Of a stretch of 64,000 bases of DNA, positions 59,804 to 64,000 are shown piece by piece. The notes under the pieces were generated by a model. The model was not told the DNA's origin. It searched no databases and saw only the letters and a program-made list of their open reading frames with translations. Each line of letters opens with the position of its first letter. Position 1 is the stretch's first letter. The DNA is taken from positions 256,001-320,000 of the forward strand of contig CAVXEP010000032.1 in NCBI GenBank assembly GCA_963760795.1, written 5' to 3'. The stretch comes from an uncultured delta proteobacterium (GTDB taxonomy: Bacteria; Desulfobacterota; Binatia; UBA9968). Made by a program: the position numbers and the translations under genes.

Positions 59804-60859
59804 GTGAAATGCAGCCTGTTTACGGAAATCCAATGTCCCGAAGGTTCATCGCCACTGCAACGCTTGGCCGAGTTCATGGAGCAGGCTGAACTGGCCGACC
59901 GCCTTGGGTATGACACTTACTGGGTCGCCGAGATCCATTGTCAGCCGAAGTTTTCCTTGATGTCGGCGCCTTACGTCGCGCTGGGCGCCGTGGCGCAACG
60001 GACCAAAAGACTGCGCCTCGGCGTCGCCGTCAACACTTTGCCGGTGCATCATCCCGTGCAGCTGGCGGAACAGTCGGCGATGTTGGATCTGGTCAGCGGC
60101 GGGCGCATGGAGTTCGCCTGTGGCGGCGGTCATCCGCATAGCCGGGCTTACGAGTGTTTCGGCGCCGATCACAATTCGACCCATGAGGTCATGGCCGAGG
60201 CGATGGTAGTGATCCGCAAGGCTTGGTCCGACGAAAAATTGGTTCACAACGGCAGGTTTTTTCAAATCCCCGAAGTGATTGTCAATCCCAAGCCGGTGCA
60301 AAAGCCGCTGCCGCCGTTTTGGATGGCGACCAGCTCTCTCGACGGCGTCGAAGTCGGCGCGCGGCTGGGGGTGAATATTTTTCTGCCGATCCATACGCGC
60401 ATGCCCGATCAAGTTTACGAGTTCGCCGACGCCTATTGGGCGGGATTAAAAAAGCATGGCCATGACCGCAAAAGCCGGTCGCTCGGCTTGCTGGTGCCCA
60501 TGCATATCGCCAAGACCACCGGCGAAGCCAAAGCGCGCGCTGAAGGCGGCGTGATGAGCTATTTCAAGACCATTCTCGACCTGCGGTTGGATTACACCGA
60601 TTGGCTCAATCGACGCGGCGTCGAGCTGCCGGCGCGCTCTGCGCACGGCGGCGGGCGCAATGGTTGGCTACGACACGGTCTGCGAAAAACACGCGGTCAT
60701 CGGCGATGCTCCAGTTCGCCGTGGAGAAACTGAAGTCCTTATGCGAGCGAACCGGCGCGACGCAGCTCCTCGGTTGGTTCAACATCGGCACCATGCCGCA
60801 ACACCGATGTCAAGGACGCTATGCAGCGCTTTGCCGACGAGGTGATGCCGAATTTTTGA
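59804..60859 (+). CDS. LLM-class flavin-dependent oxidoreductase, C-terminal frameshifts (about 60637, 60712, 60803)
   Basis: ADRLGYDTYWVAEIH, TKRLRLG, HPVQLAEQSAMLDLVSGGR and PKPVQKP; the tail MQRFADEVMPNF* is in a shifted frame. Confidence 0.9.
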
Positions 60860-60885
60860 GTTCACGATTAAAGATGACTAAGAGG

Positions 60886-60951
60886 TTTCACCACGAAGGA
60901 CACGAAGATTCGGACAGAATTATTCCGACCTTCATGCTCTTTGTGGTGAAA
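60886..60951. repeat. Long imperfect hairpin of the CACCACGAAG-CACGAAG type
   Basis: TTTCACCACGAAGGACACGAAG pairs with CTTCATGCTCTTTGTGGTGAAA, with an inner TCGGA/TCCGA stem. Confidence 0.7.
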
Positions 60952-60976
60952 AGGAATTTCTTAAAAGGAGCCTGAC

Positions 60977-61324
60977 ATGGAAGAGCTGACTGAACAGAAA
61001 TGCGTCGCGTGCCGGGTTGGCGCGCCGTCGGTGACCGAGGATGAAATCAAAGAGCTGCATCCCAAAGTTCCCGACTGGCAGATTATCAGCGAAGACAGCA
61101 TTCCCAAACTCGACCGCCTGTACAAGTTCAAAAACTTCAAAGATGCCATCGCTTTCACCGATGCCGTCGGCGCCGCCGCCGAAGAGGAAGGGCACCATCC
61201 GCGTCTCACCACCGAGTGGGGCAAAGTCGCCGTCACCTGGTGGACGCACAAAATCAAGAACCTGCATCATAACGATTTCATCATGGCGGCGAAGACCGAT
61301 GCGATCTACAAAAACTTCGCCTAG
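60977..61324 (+). CDS. phhB: Pterin-4-alpha-carbinolamine dehydratase
   Basis: CVACR, FKNF, AEEEGHHP, WWTH and NDFIMAAK. Confidence 0.94.
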   Translation: MEELTEQKCVACRVGAPSVTEDEIKELHPKVPDWQIISEDSIPKLDRLYKFKNFKDAIAFTDAVGAAAEEEGHHPRLTTEWGKVAVTWWTHKIKNLHHNDFIMAAKTDAIYKNFA

Positions 61325-61380
61325 GACGAGCCGGCGCGTTGGAGTAGTGGAGTGATGAAGTAATGGGTGAGCGGATATTG

Positions 61381-62403
61381 ATGAAAAGCTTTCTGTTGTT
61401 AGCCTGTGTATCGGTTTGTCTCGCAGAAGTCAGTTACGCCGCAACCAGCGACGACGGATTTTACCGGGGGAAGACTATCCGATTGATCGTCGCTTTCTCC
61501 GCGGGCGGCGGTTATGACACTTATTCGCGCACCATCGCGCGCCATATTGGCAAATATATTCCCGGCAATCCGACTGTGGTCGTCGATAATATGACCGGCG
61601 CCGGTGGGTTTATTCACGCCAACTACATGTTCAAACAGGCCAAGCCGGATGGGCTGACCATCGGCAACAACTCCGGCGGTTTGTTTTTGCAGCAGGTGAT
61701 GGGCGCCAAGGGCATCGAGTTCGACGGCAAGAAATTCGAATATCTCGGCGCGCCGGCGGTGGATCACTTAGTCTGTGCCATTGCCAAAGCCAGCGGCGTC
61801 ACATCGGTGGACCGGTGGTTCGCAGCCAAGGAGCCGGTGCGTTTCGGCGGCGTCGGTCCCGGCGGATTCGCGTCCGACTTACCACGTGTGTTGCAGGCGG
61901 CACTTGGCCTGCCGATTCGCGTGATCGACGGTTATAAAGGAACTTCGGATATTCGCCTGGCGACCGAGAGCGGCGAGCTGGCCGGCAGTTGCCTGTCCTG
62001 GGATTCCTACAAAACCACCTGGCGCAAACAGATCGAGTCCGGCGAAGTCAATCCGATCATTCAAGTCATGCCGAAGAAGCATCCGGAGCTGGCCGCCGTC
62101 GCTTCAGCGATGGACTACGCGAAAACCGATGAAGCAAAAAAGCTGATCAAACATGGCGCCTACGATCTCGCCTATTCGGCGCGGCCATATTTCCTGGCGC
62201 CCGGGACGCCAAAAGGGCGGGTGGAGATATTGCGAAAAGCGTTTGCCGATGTGCTCAAGGATGCCGACTTGCTCGCCGAAGCGAAGAAGGCGAACTTCGT
62301 CGTCGAGTATGTTACCGGCGAGGAGTTAGAAGGAATCGTTCACGGTCTCTACAAGATCGATACGGCCTTCGCGGCGAAGATGAAGCAGATTCTCGTGCCG
62401 TAG
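61381..62403 (+). CDS. Tripartite tricarboxylate transporter substrate-binding protein (Bug/TctC-like)
   Basis: FYRGKTIRLIVAFSAGGGYDTYSR, NMTGAGG, AKPDGLT and GYKG. Confidence 0.9.
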   Translation: MKSFLLLACVSVCLAEVSYAATSDDGFYRGKTIRLIVAFSAGGGYDTYSRTIARHIGKYIPGNPTVVVDNMTGAGGFIHANYMFKQAKPDGLTIGNNSGGLFLQQVMGAKGIEFDGKKFEYLGAPAVDHLVCAIAKASGVTSVDRWFAAKEPVRFGGVGPGGFASDLPRVLQAALGLPIRVIDGYKGTSDIRLATESGELAGSCLSWDSYKTTWRKQIESGEVNPIIQVMPKKHPELAAVASAMDYAKTDEAKKLIKHGAYDLAYSARPYFLAPGTPKGRVEILRKAFADVLKDADLLAEAKKANFVVEYVTGEELEGIVHGLYKIDTAFAAKMKQILVP

Positions 62404-62454
62404 GGACGGTAAGAATCGTTCAAAAGTTCAAAGGTTCAATGCGTCGGGGCCGGC

Positions 62455-63474
62455 ATGATTACGAAACTACTATTGCTGATACTTGTTGCGGGTACGGTTA
62501 ATAGCGCGAGTGGCGCGTTGGGGCAGGATCAGTTTTACCGCGGCAAACTACTGCGCATCATCGTCGGCTTTCCGCCCGGCGGCGGCTACGATACCTATGC
62601 GCGGCTTTTGGCGCGTCATTTGGGCAAGCATATTCCAGGCAACCCAACCATCGCCGTCGACAATATGAGCGGCGCGGGCAGCATGATATCGGCCAATCAC
62701 ATGTACAAAGTCGCCAAACCGGACGGCTTGACGGTTGGCCATTTCATCGGCGGGTTGTTTTTGCAGCAGCTACTTGGCAAACCGGGCATCGAGTTCGACG
62801 CGCGCAATTTCGAGTATGTCGGCGCCCCGGCGCAGGACGTATTTATCATCGGTGTTTCGAAAGCTTCCGGTATCACGAGCATGCAGCAATGGCAGGCTGC
62901 TAAGACCGCGGTAAAGTTTGGCGGCGCTGGGTTCGGCGCCGGCACCGACGACATCCCCGCCATGGTGCGCGAGGTATTTGGCGTGCCGATTCAAATCGTC
63001 GCCGGCTACAAAGGCACGGCGGATATCCGCTTGGCGTTTAATAATGGCGAGATTCACGGCATCGGTAACTCCTGGCAATCGACGCGCTCGACCTGGCGCA
63101 ACGAGATGGACTCGGGACAATTAAATATCCTGCTCCACGTCGCCTTCAAGTCACACCCGGAGCTGACCAAATATCCGCTGGCAGGCGACTTGGTGAAAAA
63201 CGAAGAGGCGAGGAAGCTGATGCAAGCAGTGACGTTCGCCCATGGCGCCTCTGTGCGCCCCTTTGTCTTGCCGCCCAACACGCCAAAAGAACGCGTCCAG
63301 CTTCTGCGCAAAGCTTTCATGGACACCCTCGCCGACGGCGATTTCGTCGCCGAGGCGAAGAAGGGCAATATCGAAATCAATCCGGTTAATGGCGAAGATC
63401 TGGCCAAGAGCGTGCTGGCTGTGTTGCAGTTAGAGCCGGGATTGGTGGGGCGGTTGAAGGATATCCTGAAATAA
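62455..63474 (+). CDS. Bug/TctC-like substrate-binding protein (tandem paralog)
   Basis: VGFPPGGGYDTYAR, NMSGAGS, AKPDGLT and GYKG. Confidence 0.9.
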   Translation: MITKLLLLILVAGTVNSASGALGQDQFYRGKLLRIIVGFPPGGGYDTYARLLARHLGKHIPGNPTIAVDNMSGAGSMISANHMYKVAKPDGLTVGHFIGGLFLQQLLGKPGIEFDARNFEYVGAPAQDVFIIGVSKASGITSMQQWQAAKTAVKFGGAGFGAGTDDIPAMVREVFGVPIQIVAGYKGTADIRLAFNNGEIHGIGNSWQSTRSTWRNEMDSGQLNILLHVAFKSHPELTKYPLAGDLVKNEEARKLMQAVTFAHGASVRPFVLPPNTPKERVQLLRKAFMDTLADGDFVAEAKKGNIEINPVNGEDLAKSVLAVLQLEPGLVGRLKDILK

Positions 63475-63615
63475 TTCTATCGCGACGGTTATAATTAAGT
63501 TTACATACCCTCACCCTGTTCCCCTCATGCAAGAGACTACGCCGTAACGCGAAAATCTCCTATTCCTTTCATCCCGAGCACAGCGAGGGACCGGGCAAGG
63601 GTTCTAAGGGTCGCG

Positions 63616-63777
63616 TTATTTCCCGGCCTGCCGGTATTGCCGCATCACTGGGTCCAGCACGACAGCGGCATTCATCTCCTCTTTCTCCGCCGGATTCTTC
63701 TTGTACTCACCCGTCTTGTTCGTCGGCGGTAGTCGGCGGTAGATGATACGACCGATCTGTTTTGATGATTTCGTCAT
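63616..63777 (-). CDS. Small hypothetical protein (53 aa)
   Basis: GAGG before ATG; MTKSSKQIGRIIYRRLPP...; no recognised domain. Confidence 0.4.
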   Translation of the reverse strand: MTKSSKQIGRIIYRRLPPTNKTGEYKKNPAEKEEMNAAVVLDPVMRQYRQAGK

Positions 63778-63850
63778 GCCGCCTCTTCGACAAATCGCGA
63801 AAGCTGGTATACTTAATTGCACAGCTGGGAGTCCCGAAAAGAGAGGATAA

Positions 63851-64000
63851 ATGTTCAATCTTGCGGTTAAAATAGTATTAGCGTTGGCTCTTTGTGGTGT
63901 CTTGCCGGCTTGCGCACAATTTAAAGAAGCTGGTCGAACGGTTGGCCACACGACCCGCGATGTCACCAAAGAAATCGGTCATGGAGCGCGGGATATTACC
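63851..64000 (+). CDS. Small lipoprotein, 3'-truncated by window edge
   Basis: GAGGA Shine-Dalgarno, signal peptide with lipobox LPAC, and an 11-aa periodic repeat VGHTTRDVTKE/IGHGARDIT. Confidence 0.7.
   Translation, partial: MFNLAVKIVLALALCGVLPACAQFKEAGRTVGHTTRDVTKEIGHGARDIT

Overview
GC-rich bacterial chromosome segment. The gene order valS-nadC-birA-coaX-fusA2 and the expansion of orphan solute-binding proteins, amidohydrolases and xanthine-dehydrogenase-family subunits suggest a Binatia/Deltaproteobacteria-like organism (inference only). The sequence has about 20 single-base frameshifts, several in the essential valS, so it reads as an imperfect long-read assembly and most split genes are probably intact in vivo. 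Layout: 1-27 kb is accessory catabolic and transport genes; 27-54 kb is mostly housekeeping (PDH operon, lipoate ligase, tRNA-Met, thrB, orphan nuoB, quinone genes, tRNA-Leu, valS-nadC-birA-coaX-EF-G2); 54-64 kb is accessory again. The main finding is a co-oriented cluster at 15377-18544 with two candidate selenoprotein genes that the ORF track splits or misses. One is a CopG/DUF411 protein with TGA at the first Cys of its CxCC motif. The other is an unannotated 73-aa ORF with two in-frame TGA codons (U-H-S-N-U) followed by a perfect 7-bp SECIS-like hairpin. No CRISPR array, rRNA, transposase or prophage was seen. All product calls come from motif recognition by eye; no searches were run.
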